Assembly: GCA_030613785.1 (NCBI GenBank)
Contig: JAUWLF010000010.1
Coordinates: forward strand, 2,028-66,027
Origin: Chloroflexota bacterium
Lineage (GTDB): Bacteria > Chloroflexota > Anaerolineae > UBA7937 > B3-Chlor
Direction of reading: 5' to 3'
Length of the DNA: 64,000 nucleotides
Shown: piece after piece, positions 45,960 through 55,357 of the stretch
Position numbering within the stretch: the stretch's first letter is position 1
How the letters are laid out: each line of letters begins with the position of its first letter
Notes under the pieces: generated by a model
Told to the model about the DNA's origin: nothing
Seen by the model: only the letters and a program-made list of their open reading frames with translations
The model's database searches: none
Position numbers and translations under genes: made by a program

Positions 45960-46840
45960 GAACCATAGTGAAGGTGCAAGACCTCCACCATACCTACCTC
46001 CCAGGCACCCCCTTCGAAGCGATTTCCCTGCGAGGAGTGGACGTGGATGTTGTCGAGGGCCAGATTGTGGCCCTCATCGGCCCCACGGGCTCGGGCAAGT
46101 CCACATTGATTCAGCATTTCAACGCCTTGATAAGGCCGCAAAGGGGCAAGGTCATCATTGACGGCCACGATCTGAGCAACGGAAATCTGGACGTGAAAGC
46201 CCTCCGCCGCGACGTGGGTATGGTGTTCCAGACCCCCGAGCAGCAGTTGTTCGAGCAGTACGTGGGCGACGACATCGCCTTTGGCCCCCGCAACTTCGGG
46301 TTTGACGGCACGGAGGTGCGGCGGCGGGTCAGAAAGGCCATGGAAATGGTAGGCTTGGGCTTCGAGGAGTTCAAGGATCGCCTCACCTTCTCCCTCAGCG
46401 GGGGCGAGATGCGCAAGGTGGCTATCGCGGGAGTGCTGGCCCTGGAACCAAAGATCCTGATCTTCGACGAGCCAACCTGTGGATTGGACCCGGGCACTTC
46501 CAGAGAGTTCCTCTGCAGGATAAGGGAACTTCACGACAACCAGGGAGTCACCATCATCCTCGTCTCTCACAACATGGAAGACGTGGCCCAACTGGCGGAC
46601 AGGATCTACGTGCTCGTGGACGGAGAGACCGTGCTGGACGGAACTCCCCGGCAGATATTCTCCCAGCCCCAATCGCTGAGAGGCTATGACCTGGATGTCC
46701 CTCAAGCAACCCAGGTGATGCACGGCCTGCGCAGCCGCGGGAGGGAAGTGAGGAGCGACATATTGACCGTATGCGAAGCCGAGGAGGAGATCTGTCGGTG
46801 TTTCGGCTTCGCTGAGGGAGGAGGCACAGGGGTGACATGA
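45956..46840 (+). CDS. ecfA2: energy-coupling factor transporter ATPase EcfA2
   Basis: GPTGSGKST, LSGGEMRKVAIAG and LIFDEPT. ATGA overlap with ecfA1. Confidence 0.9.
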   Translation: MRTIVKVQDLHHTYLPGTPFEAISLRGVDVDVVEGQIVALIGPTGSGKSTLIQHFNALIRPQRGKVIIDGHDLSNGNLDVKALRRDVGMVFQTPEQQLFEQYVGDDIAFGPRNFGFDGTEVRRRVRKAMEMVGLGFEEFKDRLTFSLSGGEMRKVAIAGVLALEPKILIFDEPTCGLDPGTSREFLCRIRELHDNQGVTIILVSHNMEDVAQLADRIYVLVDGETVLDGTPRQIFSQPQSLRGYDLDVPQATQVMHGLRSRGREVRSDILTVCEAEEEICRCFGFAEGGGTGVT

Positions 46841-47748
46841 GCGAGATCAGCGCTTTCCGTCACGTCACCATCGGCCAGTACTTGCCTTACGGTTCTCTGG
46901 TCCACCGCTTCGACCCACGCGCCAAGCTCGTCATGTTTACCCTGCTGGTCGCCACGGTGACCTTTGCCGACTCCTACACCGCGAGCCTTCTCTTACTCGC
47001 AGTCCTCTTGGGCATCACCCATCTGTCTCGCGTGCCACTGCGATATGCGTTGCAAGGGCTGCGCCCCGCACTGCCCTGGATCGCCATCTTCGCCACGTTG
47101 CAGCTCCTCTTCTACAAAGGCCAGGCTGGAGGACAGGAGTGTCAGATCCTCTGGAGTTGGGGGTTCATAGACATCACCACTTGCAGCGTGAGGCTGGTAG
47201 CCTTGATGGTTCCTCGCTTGTTGGAGTTCATGATCCTCATCAGCCTCCTGACCTTGACCACCAGCACCACCGAGCTGACTCACGGCCTCGAGAGGCTGCT
47301 GAGCCCCCTCAAGCGGCTGAGATTCCCTGCCCACGAGCTGGCACTGGTGTTCACCATCGCCCTGCGCTTTGCGCCAACCTTCGCCCAAGAACTGGAGAAG
47401 ATCATGAAGGCTCAGGCTTCACGAGGGGCGGACTTCGGCGAGCAGGGTAGGCTGGGCTTTGTGCGGAGAACGCGCAACACGTTGCCTCTGATGGTGCCGC
47501 TATTTATCAGCGCCTTGCGACGGGCCGAGGACTTGAGCCTGGCCATGGAGGCTCGAGGCTACATGGGCGGCAGCGGACGGACGAGTTTCGTTCAGTTGAA
47601 GGCCGCTCCTCAGGACTACGTAGCCGTCGTCTTGGTCTGTTGCTTCTGCGCCTTCATTCTGCTCTACAATTTCGCAACCTTTGATGAACTAGTTATGGGC
47701 ACCCTCGGCAATCTCACGAGGGTCGCCTTTTCTTCTGTCGGACACTAA
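46837..47748 (+). CDS. ecfT: energy-coupling factor transporter transmembrane component EcfT
   Basis: Polytopic protein. LVHRFDPRAKL and the conserved ARG-containing coupling helices (MKAQASRGADF, AMEARGY). ATGA overlap with ecfA2. Confidence 0.9.
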   Translation: MSEISAFRHVTIGQYLPYGSLVHRFDPRAKLVMFTLLVATVTFADSYTASLLLLAVLLGITHLSRVPLRYALQGLRPALPWIAIFATLQLLFYKGQAGGQECQILWSWGFIDITTCSVRLVALMVPRLLEFMILISLLTLTTSTTELTHGLERLLSPLKRLRFPAHELALVFTIALRFAPTFAQELEKIMKAQASRGADFGEQGRLGFVRRTRNTLPLMVPLFISALRRAEDLSLAMEARGYMGGSGRTSFVQLKAAPQDYVAVVLVCCFCAFILLYNFATFDELVMGTLGNLTRVAFSSVGH

Positions 47749-47780
47749 TCACGAGGACGTTTTCAAGAAAGGAGAATCAA

Positions 47781-48509
47781 GTGGAAAGTAGTGGGACGCG
47801 CAGCGTGGTGCGCAAAATCGTCGTCGCCGGCGTGCTGGGAGCGATCATCGCTCTGCTCGGGTATCTCGGGCCTGCTGGTCCGGGGTTCATTCCCGTGCCT
47901 ACACCAGCGCAGCATGCCACCACCCTCCACGTGCCGGTCATCATCGGGGCCATCTTGGAGGGTCCCATTGTGGGGCTGGTGCTGGGACTGATGTTCGGCA
48001 TCTTTAGCTGGATTCAGGCCGGCATGCTCGGGGTCGTGATGTTCCAGGACCCCCTGGTCGCCATCCTGCCTCGCCTCTTCATAGGCGTCACCGCCTGGGC
48101 CGCGTACGCGGCCTTCAAGAGGACCGGCAAAAACGCAGCCTTGGCCCTGGCTGGATGCCTGGTGGTGATTTGCGGCGTCTTCGTCTACTGGGTGATCGGT
48201 GTCAACATGCTCCTGGGAGGGGTGATCGGGGTGGCACTGCTGGGTCTCATCGCCGGGTTCGTCTACCTGGCGCTCAAGGAGAACACGGAATTGCAGGCAC
48301 TGATACTCGCGGCGGCAGTGGGCACACTGACCAACACCATCTTGGTGCTGACCATGCTGGTGGTACGCGGCTATCTGCCACCCGAGGCTGCCCTGATCGC
48401 CGGCGTCACCAACGGTATCCCAGAGGTAATCGTGGCCTGCATCATCGTGGTGGCGGTAGTGGGCGCCTGGAAGGGAGTCGAAACCAGCAGAGCCGGGTCC
48501 ACTGTCTGA
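47781..48509 (+). CDS. ECF transporter S (substrate-capture) component, substrate unknown
   Basis: The GTG start is 6 nt after AAAGGAG. It has 6 or more TM helices and lies immediately after ecfT. Confidence 0.75.
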   Translation: MESSGTRSVVRKIVVAGVLGAIIALLGYLGPAGPGFIPVPTPAQHATTLHVPVIIGAILEGPIVGLVLGLMFGIFSWIQAGMLGVVMFQDPLVAILPRLFIGVTAWAAYAAFKRTGKNAALALAGCLVVICGVFVYWVIGVNMLLGGVIGVALLGLIAGFVYLALKENTELQALILAAAVGTLTNTILVLTMLVVRGYLPPEAALIAGVTNGIPEVIVACIIVVAVVGAWKGVETSRAGSTV

Positions 48510-48531
48510 CAAGCGGGAGCCTACACCGCCC

Positions 48532-49428
48532 TCACAAAACCAGCTTGAGGAACACAAAAGCCAGCAGCGGCAGAGCCATAATCCCGGCCAGTTGTAGGAG
48601 CGTAATGACGTGGTCGCGGGAAATCCTTAGACCACACCGCGGCATCCCGCTCAGGGGGGCGAAGAAGCAAGCCAGAGTGGCCGCCACGTAGATTGCTATC
48701 TTCACATAGTAGTCGGGTGTGATGGCGCCCGCACGCTGGGGCAGCTCTATGCCCTCTACGCTCAAGCGTAGCCCAATGAGCGCCAGCAGGAAGGCGCACT
48801 TCAGCCCGTAGCGTGACACTGCCTCAAGGGCCGCTGCGGTCGAGGGCCTTCCCAACAACTGCCTCCACTCGAGGGTCGCGATGGCCTGCCTCCAGGCCAT
48901 CATGCTCATCATGTAGAAGGCGACTGCCAAGCTCGCCTCCCGACCAGCGATAGTCAACCAGTTCTGGACCATCCACCATGAGCCATAGCTGGCGACCATC
49001 TTGGGCACATCGAAGAGGAGCACCGCCAGAGCAAAGAGCAGAGATACACACGTCCAGATGCGCTGGCGATATCCCGCTCCCACCTCACAGGATCGATCCC
49101 CGGAGAGGATAGCTGCGTAGACCCCAGCTACAGCACCAGGCTGCCATAGGTAGAAAGCGCAGACCGCGGGGAACACCAGAAGCAGCAGTAACTGAGCGTG
49201 CCAGTCGTCCAGGCTTCCCAGGTATCCTCCGCTGCTCCGTAGGCCGCTGAAGAGGGCGGGCAAGACGACAATGTAGATCAGGCCCCAAGACAAGGCCGCG
49301 AAGGCCACGGTGTGCCCTCTCAGGCCCAAGGTCTCGATCAAGAATCGGGCCAAAGGATCGGCCTGATAGACCATTCTGGCCCGAAATTGGCACAGCTCAG
49401 CTCCCTCTCCCTTGCCCTCTTTGCTCAT
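48532..49428 (-). CDS. polytopic membrane protein of unknown function
   Basis: The ATG at 49428 avoids overlap with zupT; the ORF track start is 49539. About 8 hydrophobic helices and no motif. Confidence 0.65.
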   Translation of the reverse strand: MSKEGKGEGAELCQFRARMVYQADPLARFLIETLGLRGHTVAFAALSWGLIYIVVLPALFSGLRSSGGYLGSLDDWHAQLLLLLVFPAVCAFYLWQPGAVAGVYAAILSGDRSCEVGAGYRQRIWTCVSLLFALAVLLFDVPKMVASYGSWWMVQNWLTIAGREASLAVAFYMMSMMAWRQAIATLEWRQLLGRPSTAAALEAVSRYGLKCAFLLALIGLRLSVEGIELPQRAGAITPDYYVKIAIYVAATLACFFAPLSGMPRCGLRISRDHVITLLQLAGIMALPLLAFVFLKLVL

Positions 49429-49459
49429 TGGCGATGCCGAGTTCTCACAGACGCTTGGT

Positions 49460-50221
49460 CTACTGCAACAGCCACAGGCTGGCGGCCATGACTGCCATGC
49501 CCACAACGACTCCGAGTATGGAGAGGTGTTCCTGACCAAAGGATCGGGCCACCGGGACCAACTCGTCCAAGGCGATGAAGACCATGATGCCAGCCACGAC
49601 TGACAGCATCAACCCCAAGACCGTGGGGTTCAAGAAAGGCAGTAGAAAGAGGGCGGCGACGACCGCACCTACGGGCTCGGCCACGCCTGAGAGGAAGGAC
49701 CACAGGAAGGCCTTACTCCGGCTGCCGGTGGCGGCATAGACCGGAGCAGATACCGCCAGACCCTCCGGTATGTTATGGATGGCGATGGCCACGGCAATGG
49801 CGACGCCCAAGCGGACATCCTGCAAGGTGCCTGCAAAGGTGGCCATGCCCTCGGGGAAATTGTGAATACCTATCCCCAGAGCCACGAGAAGGCCGGTCTT
49901 GAGGAGGGCATCCTGCTCACGCCCTTCAGCGCGGTGGTGTTCAGCCAAGTACTCGTGAGGGATCATGAAGTCTATCAGGAACATGGCGAGCATTCCCCCG
50001 AAGAAGCCGATGTGCGCCAGACCGAACCCCACCGCTTCGATGCCGCCTGCCAGCAGTTCCACGAAAGATACCAGTATCATCACCCCGCCGGAGAAGCCCA
50101 AGGTCAACGCCATGAAGCGTCGCCCGGGCTCCTTCACAAAGATGCCCATCAGACTCCCAATGGTGGTGGACAGCCCGGCTAATGTGGTGAGCACCAGTGC
50201 AATGGCCACGTCTCCCGGCAC
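49460..50221 (-). CDS. zupT: ZIP-family zinc transporter ZupT
   Basis: GIGIHNFPEGMATF and IAIHNIPEGLAVS are the paired ZIP metal-site motifs. The GTG start is 6 nt after AGGAGG. Confidence 0.9.
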   Translation of the reverse strand: MPGDVAIALVLTTLAGLSTTIGSLMGIFVKEPGRRFMALTLGFSGGVMILVSFVELLAGGIEAVGFGLAHIGFFGGMLAMFLIDFMIPHEYLAEHHRAEGREQDALLKTGLLVALGIGIHNFPEGMATFAGTLQDVRLGVAIAVAIAIHNIPEGLAVSAPVYAATGSRSKAFLWSFLSGVAEPVGAVVAALFLLPFLNPTVLGLMLSVVAGIMVFIALDELVPVARSFGQEHLSILGVVVGMAVMAASLWLLQ

Positions 50222-50429
50222 GAGTTACCTCCTGAGTCACTTGAGGTAGAACCATTCCGCAGAAGTCATTAATACACAAACCTACCGTCTGTCAGACGAA
50301 GGGCTCCACGCACGAAGTACGCGCTCCTGTTCACAAACCAGCACAGCGATTGGCAACACGAGTCTACGCCATTTCACATCTGTGTGCCACTGCTGTGCAA
50401 CGTTTCCCAATGCGTCCATGCTCCTGAAC

Positions 50430-50458
50430 TTGACAGATTCCCGGAGTTCTTGTATAAT
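50430..50458 (+). promoter_or_regulatory. consensus sigma-70-type promoter TTGACA-17-TATAAT
   Basis: Both hexamers are perfect (50430-50435 and 50453-50458) with a 17-nt spacer. It points toward the Dps-like gene about 360 nt away. Confidence 0.55.
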
Positions 50459-50473
50459 GAGTAATGATTACTA
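50459..50473. promoter_or_regulatory. Fur-family (Zur-like) 7-1-7 operator candidate
   Basis: GAGTAAT-G-ATTACTA has a perfect palindromic core GTAAT-n-ATTAC (50461-50471). It abuts the -10 hexamer and lies between zupT and the Dps-like ferritin gene. Confidence 0.45.
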
Positions 50474-50818
50474 CTTACGAATTGTTTGTCCTTCATGGAG
50501 ACAGAGGACGATTCTGAGTGTTGCTGGAGAACTGGCCGACTGGGAACGGAAGAAGCCGGTGTTGGCGAGAGGGGACTAGCCACACTGTACGTCGGTCATT
50601 TATGACCGGACCGCTCGAGAGTACAAGACGCCTGAGATGGGCCGAGCAGCTACTGAGCGGACGCCCCATTGAGGCTCAAGCCGAAGGCTTTGTGACGAAG
50701 CCCTTGGTAAGGTCTGACGTTCCAGGCTGAAGGGGGGTGATGCCCAGGGAATGATCTAGAGAGCACCAAGAGTGTGACATGACAATACAGAAACAAACAA
50801 AAGAGAGGAGATTGTAAC

Positions 50819-51370
50819 ATGGCGAAAGTTGCTCGAGAAATGGTAGAAAACGCAGGCGTTGACGTAGACCAATTGCTGGAGCTATTGGTCAATAACGCGT
50901 CCGCAGAACTGACTACCTACTATTACTATACGATCCTGCGCGTGAACCTGATCGGGCTCGAGGGAGAAGGGATCAAAGAGATCGCAGAGGCCGCCCGTAT
51001 AGAAGACCGCAATCACTTTGAGGCACTGATTCCTCGAATCTACGAGCTGGGCGGCGAACTGCCGCAAGACATGAAAGCCTTGCATGACATGTCCGCGTGC
51101 CCTCCCGCTGAGCTGCCGAAGGACCCCACGGACATCAAAGCGATGTTGACGGTGCTGGTGGAAGCCGAGAGGTGCGCGGTGCGGGGATACACCCAAGTCT
51201 GCAACATGACCGCCGGGAAGGATCACCGCACCTACGATCTGGCTTTGGCGATCCTCAACGAGGAAATCCAGCACGAGTCGTGGTTCTCCGAATTCCTAGG
51301 CGAGGGCCCATCTGGCCACTTCCTCCGTCGTGGCCAGATGTCCCCGTTCGTGTCCAAGTTCCTACAATAG
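50819..51370 (+). CDS. Dps-like (DpsL) ferritin-superfamily protein
   Basis: 183 aa with a GAGAGGAG RBS. Four-helix-bundle di-iron pattern: ELTTYYYY...EDRNHFEAL...EAERCAVRGY...NEEIQHESWF. Confidence 0.85.
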   Translation: MAKVAREMVENAGVDVDQLLELLVNNASAELTTYYYYTILRVNLIGLEGEGIKEIAEAARIEDRNHFEALIPRIYELGGELPQDMKALHDMSACPPAELPKDPTDIKAMLTVLVEAERCAVRGYTQVCNMTAGKDHRTYDLALAILNEEIQHESWFSEFLGEGPSGHFLRRGQMSPFVSKFLQ

Positions 51371-51455
51371 GTTCGCAGCCGCCGAGGGGGAGGCCTCGGC
51401 TTGCCCTGGTCACCCCCTTCGCCTGTTGCCAGCAATTTGACTGACATTCACTGCG

Positions 51456-51692
51456 ATGAGGGAATTCACCCGGAAGGAACTTGCGGACTGCGACGGCAAA
51501 GACGGAGCGCGAGCTCTCATAGCCTGGAACGGGAGGGTCTACGACGTCTCCGCCAGCTACCATTGGCGGAGTGGGAAACACCACGCCTTGCACCGTGCTG
51601 GCGCGGATTTGACCGATGCCCTTGAGCAGGCGCCACACGGTGTCGATCTCCTTGAACGGGTCCCCATGGTAGGAACGCTACAAGAGGACTAA
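51456..51692 (+). CDS. cytochrome b5-like heme/steroid-binding domain protein
   Basis: FTRKELADCDGKDGARALIAWNGRVYDVSASYHWRSGKHHALHRAGADLTDAL...HG. Confidence 0.8.
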   Translation: MREFTRKELADCDGKDGARALIAWNGRVYDVSASYHWRSGKHHALHRAGADLTDALEQAPHGVDLLERVPMVGTLQED

Positions 51693-51929
51693 CCAGAACG
51701 CCGTCGCCCTCTCTTCCTTGCTCCTAGGCGATACCAGGCTGTGATGAAGACGTAGCCTACCACAGCAAGCCAGCGCAACGGTGTTGAGGGGAACCCCTGG
51801 CTTCCCCAGGCTAGAGTGTGGCTCGGCCGCAGCACCTGTTAGAGCGCCCTTTGTGTCGCGCCCCTGCCGACTCTTGCGTCCAACACGCGACTATCATATA
51901 CTGCGCTTGGAGCGTACCCAGAAGCAGCC

Positions 51930-53870
51930 ATGAAGGACATGTACGACGTAATAGTGGTAGGTGCGGGACATGCGGGATGCGAGGCCGCACTGGCATCTGC
52001 GCGCATAGGGTGTCGCACACTTCTCTTGACCATCAGCCTCGACCACATCGCCGAGATGCCCTGCAATCCCAGCGTTGGAGGCCCTGCCAAAGGCCACCTT
52101 ACCCGCGAGATCGGAGCGTTGGGTGGGGAGCAGCCACGCAACATCGACCGCACCTTCATTCAGATAAGGCTCCTGAATCAGAGCAAGGGGCCCGCCGTCC
52201 AGGCACTGCGCGCCCAAGCGGACAAGCGTCTCTATTCCCTCACCATGAGGCGCACTCTGGAAAGCATCCCCACACTCGATCTGCGAGAGGCTGAGGTGGT
52301 GAAGCTCCTGGTGAAAGGTGACACAATCCGAGGAGTGGAGACCAGTGATGGGCTGCGGTATCCAGGCCAGACGGTGGTCCTGACCACAGGCACCTTCCTG
52401 AACGGCCGTCTTACACGGGGACCTCGTAGGTGGCCGGGGGGACGCGTCGACGAGGCCCCTGCGGTGGCCCTTTCGCAGTCCCTCGCGGACTTGGGGCTCA
52501 GGGTAGAACGGCTCAAGACCGATACGCCACCTCGAGTGGACGCCCGTACCATAGACTTCTCGCAAACCAAGGTGCAGATGGGCAGCGAGGAGCCACTACA
52601 CTTCAGCTTCTCCTATCCCGAGTCCAGCACAGAGGCCCCCGCCTTCCTCTTGCAAGGTCAAGCGCCCAACCCTGCTTATCCCCTGCCCTCGCAGACCGAA
52701 TGGCGTCCTCAGCTACCCTGTTACCTGGTCTACACCAACCAGGAGACCCACAGGGTCATACTGGACAGCCTCCACCGGGCACCGCTCTACGACGGAACCA
52801 TCAAGGCCGAGGGCCCACGCTACTGTCCCAGCATTGAGATCAAGGTGCCCAGCTTCCCAGACAAGGAATCCCACCAACTGTTCCTGGAACCGGAAGGATG
52901 GCACACCAACCAGGTGTACGTACAGGGAGCTTATACCAGTCTTCCCGAAGACGTGCAGTTAGCGATGCTGCGCACCATCCCTGCCCTGCGAAACGTGGAG
53001 GTCATCCGTTACGGATATGCAGTAGAGTACGACTACGTACCGTCCTCACAGATCAGCGCCTCTCTGGAGACGAAGCTGATCGAAGGACTCTTCCACGCCG
53101 GACAGATCAACGGCACCTCAGGCTATGAGGAGGCGGCGGCACAAGGCATAGTGGCAGGCCTCAACGCCGCGCGCAAGGCACAGCGTGAGCCACCCATTAT
53201 CCTGCGCCGTGACCAAGCATACATCGGCGTTCTCATAGATGATCTCATCACCAAGGAGATCGACGAACCATATCGTATCATGACCTCCAGGGCCGAATAC
53301 CGGCTACTGCTCCGACAGGACAATGCCGACCTGCGCCTCTCGCCCTTAGGCTACCAGGTAGGCCTACTGGATCGACCTCGATACGAGGGGGTAGAGAGAA
53401 AGCGGAAGGCGATTGAGGAAGAGCTGGCCCGTCTCAGCAAGACCTGGCTGCGCCCCACGGCGGAAACCAATGAGTGTCTTGCAGACTGGGGTCTGCCCCC
53501 CCTGAACGACGGTGTGAACACGCTTCAATTCCTGCGTCGCCCCGAGGTGACCTACGCCATGCTGGAAGTCCTATGTCCTAACTCGCAGCGCTTGGCGCCC
53601 GATGCCGCCCACCAGGTGGCCACGGAAGCCAAGTATGCAGGCTACATCGAGAAGCAGCGACGGGAGGTGGAGCGGCTGCGCCGTCTGGAGGAGCGTCATA
53701 TCCCCGTGTCCTTTGAGTACGATACCATTGCGGGCATGCGCAAGGAGGCGCAGGAGAAGCTGAAGCGCATCCGGCCTGCGACCGTGGGACAGGCCTCCCG
53801 GATCAGCGGCGTGAACCCTGCCGACCTCTCCGTCCTGCTGGTTTACCTGGAAAGGGCGAGGAAAAGGTAG
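51930..53870 (+). CDS. mnmG: tRNA uridine-5-carboxymethylaminomethyl modification enzyme MnmG (GidA)
   Basis: [21 protein letters not shown]...[21 protein letters not shown]-type motifs, and [19 protein letters not shown]. Confidence 0.95.
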   Translation: [646 protein letters not shown]

Positions 53871-53884
53871 CAAGTTCGTAGTGA

Positions 53885-53915
53885 GGGCTTCAGCCCTTGA
53901 GATGCGCTGAAGCCC
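53885..53915. terminator. bidirectional terminator-like hairpin between mnmG and the PIN toxin gene
   Basis: GGGCTTCAG, a 13-nt loop, CTGAAGCCC: a perfect 9-bp stem followed by TTCGAT. Confidence 0.45.
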
Positions 53916-53965
53916 TTCGATACGGCCAGCGGCCCACTCAGGACAAGCCCACTCCAAGAACGGCC

Positions 53966-54400
53966 TTAGTCGCTGACGCCCAAAAGAAGCTCTGTGAGGA
54001 AATCCCTCGCAGTGGTCAGCCTGATCTCCGCGAACGTGACAAGCTCCAAGAGATCCTGGTCGCCGCTGACAACGAATTGTGCACCCCCTACAAGCGCGCA
54101 CGAAAGGAACTTGTCATCCGTTGGGTCTCGGGACACCCTACTGACTTGCGGAAGCGCAGGCACAACAGTGCCTTGGCTCCCCAAGAGGGTGAGGTATGCG
54201 TAGATGTCATCGTCGCCTAGCTCATACTTGCGCTGAATACGAGTGTAGTGCAGAACCCGGTCAAGCTCATGCAAAAGGGGCAAGCTCGTCACCAACTCGA
54301 ACTTGCCCTCCTGCCAGGCCCGAAGAATCTGTCGTGGCGCCCCGTGTCTGTTAATCAGGGCACTGACCAAGATGTTCGTGTCCAGTACAACACGAATCAC
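53966..54400 (-). CDS. PIN-domain toxin (TIGR00305-like putative toxin component)
   Basis: VVLDTNILVSAL, RDPTDDKFLSCAL and VVSGDQDLL supply the acidic PIN residues. Confidence 0.85.
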   Translation of the reverse strand: MIRVVLDTNILVSALINRHGAPRQILRAWQEGKFELVTSLPLLHELDRVLHYTRIQRKYELGDDDIYAYLTLLGSQGTVVPALPQVSRVSRDPTDDKFLSCALVGGAQFVVSGDQDLLELVTFAEIRLTTARDFLTELLLGVSD

Positions 54401-54702
54401 TCATCACTCCGTCGCACGGCCTCAACTGCTTCAGCAATATCGCGCTCGATTTCCTCCGGATCGAAGTCGTATCGCGAAGCAACCTCCGCAACCTTCTCAA
54501 ACAGAGCTTCAGTTGCCTTCTTGCCTGTACTCCTTGAGGCCAAGAACAGAGCAACATTGCTTTTCGGTATGCGATATTGCCGGCCGACCCGAGCCGCGAT
54601 GAGCTCCCCGCTTCGAATGAAGCGATAGACGGTCTTGCGGCTCACGGACAACAACTCCGCGACTTGTTCAGGTGTCAGAACCTCGATCACTGACACAGAC
54701 AT
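54397..54702 (-). CDS. excisionase-family HTH antitoxin
   Basis: LTPEQVAELLSVSRKTVYRFIRSGELIAARVGRQYRIPKSNV. ATGA overlap with the PIN gene. Confidence 0.8.
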   Translation of the reverse strand: MSVSVIEVLTPEQVAELLSVSRKTVYRFIRSGELIAARVGRQYRIPKSNVALFLASRSTGKKATEALFEKVAEVASRYDFDPEEIERDIAEAVEAVRRSDE

Positions 54703-54995
54703 CGCATTGTCCTCCTTCGTCCTCTCGTGTCTGCTTGTGTCCTCTCCCTTCCTCTATTATATCAAGTATCTGGAAGAAAAGCAATGGCGCTGAACAGACG
54801 CAGTAGAATTCCCCCGCTCAAGCCAATGAGTCCCTCCGGGACTTCTCGTGTTGAGCCAGGAAACTCATCTCCTCGCGATCCTCAAGCTCCCTCCGCCCCG
54901 CCTCCAGACCCGTCGCCAACTCCATCGGCCGCCGCGCCGCATCGAACACTACCCGGCCCCTCCCGGCAGAGCGTCCGTTTCGCATGTCTGCCTCT

Positions 54996-55024
54996 GTAGG
55001 ATCGAGCTTCCAACCCGACCCTAC
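54996..55024. repeat. degenerate REP-like palindrome
   Basis: GTAGG-atcgagcttccaacccgac-CCTAC, next to a perfect hairpin of related sequence. Confidence 0.3.
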
Positions 55025-55056
55025 CTCGAGGCATCCCCAACCCATAGTGGGCACAC

Positions 55057-55087
55057 CGTAGGGGCGGGTTTGAAACCCGCCCCTACG
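55057..55087. repeat. REP-like perfect GC-rich palindrome
   Basis: CGTAGGGGCGGG-TTTgAAA-CCCGCCCCTACG forms a 12-bp GC stem. There is one copy in this window. From recall, the sequence type recurs as intergenic hairpins in several GC-rich phyla. Confidence 0.5.
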
Positions 55088-55357
55088 CCGATCTCTGGGG
55101 AACTCTACGCATAATGGCTGCCAGAGACCGCCTTCCGCTCAGGGTCCCGCCCCCCCCAAAAAAAACCCTCCGCGGCAGCCAGAGCGCCACGCCCAGCAGA
55201 TGCCCCCGGCCCTTGCTTAGCGTGAGCCGGGGAGTGAATCTCTTGGCGGCGCCGTCAGGACTAGCGGATCGAGCGAAGGTCCAAGGTGGAGGAACCTGCA
55301 CACTGAGATTGAGGCAGCCATAGAGAGAGGCCGATGCGAAACGTTCAAGACAACAAA

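Noticed and set aside
45842-48557. Long minus-strand ORFs (45842..46723 and 47763..48557) and plus-strand alternates across the ECF operon.
   Set aside because: They are antisense to genes with clear ABC/ECF motifs. Their translations are His/Gly/Asp/Gln-rich and low in complexity.
50480-50800. The possibility that the long dpsL leader is a known RNA (cobalamin riboswitch, SRP RNA, RNase P RNA, tmRNA or a metal riboswitch).
   Set aside because: There are partial resemblances (GGGAACGGAAGAAGCCGGTG, GCCACACTGTA), but the spacing and the remaining conserved cores are absent. There is no GGAAAGTCCGG, no tmRNA ends, and no SRP GGAA/AGCA loop context.
55057-55087. A GTTTGAAAC-containing palindrome that resembles a CRISPR repeat.
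   Set aside because: There is a single copy with no regularly spaced repeats or cas genes in the window. It is better described as a REP-like hairpin.
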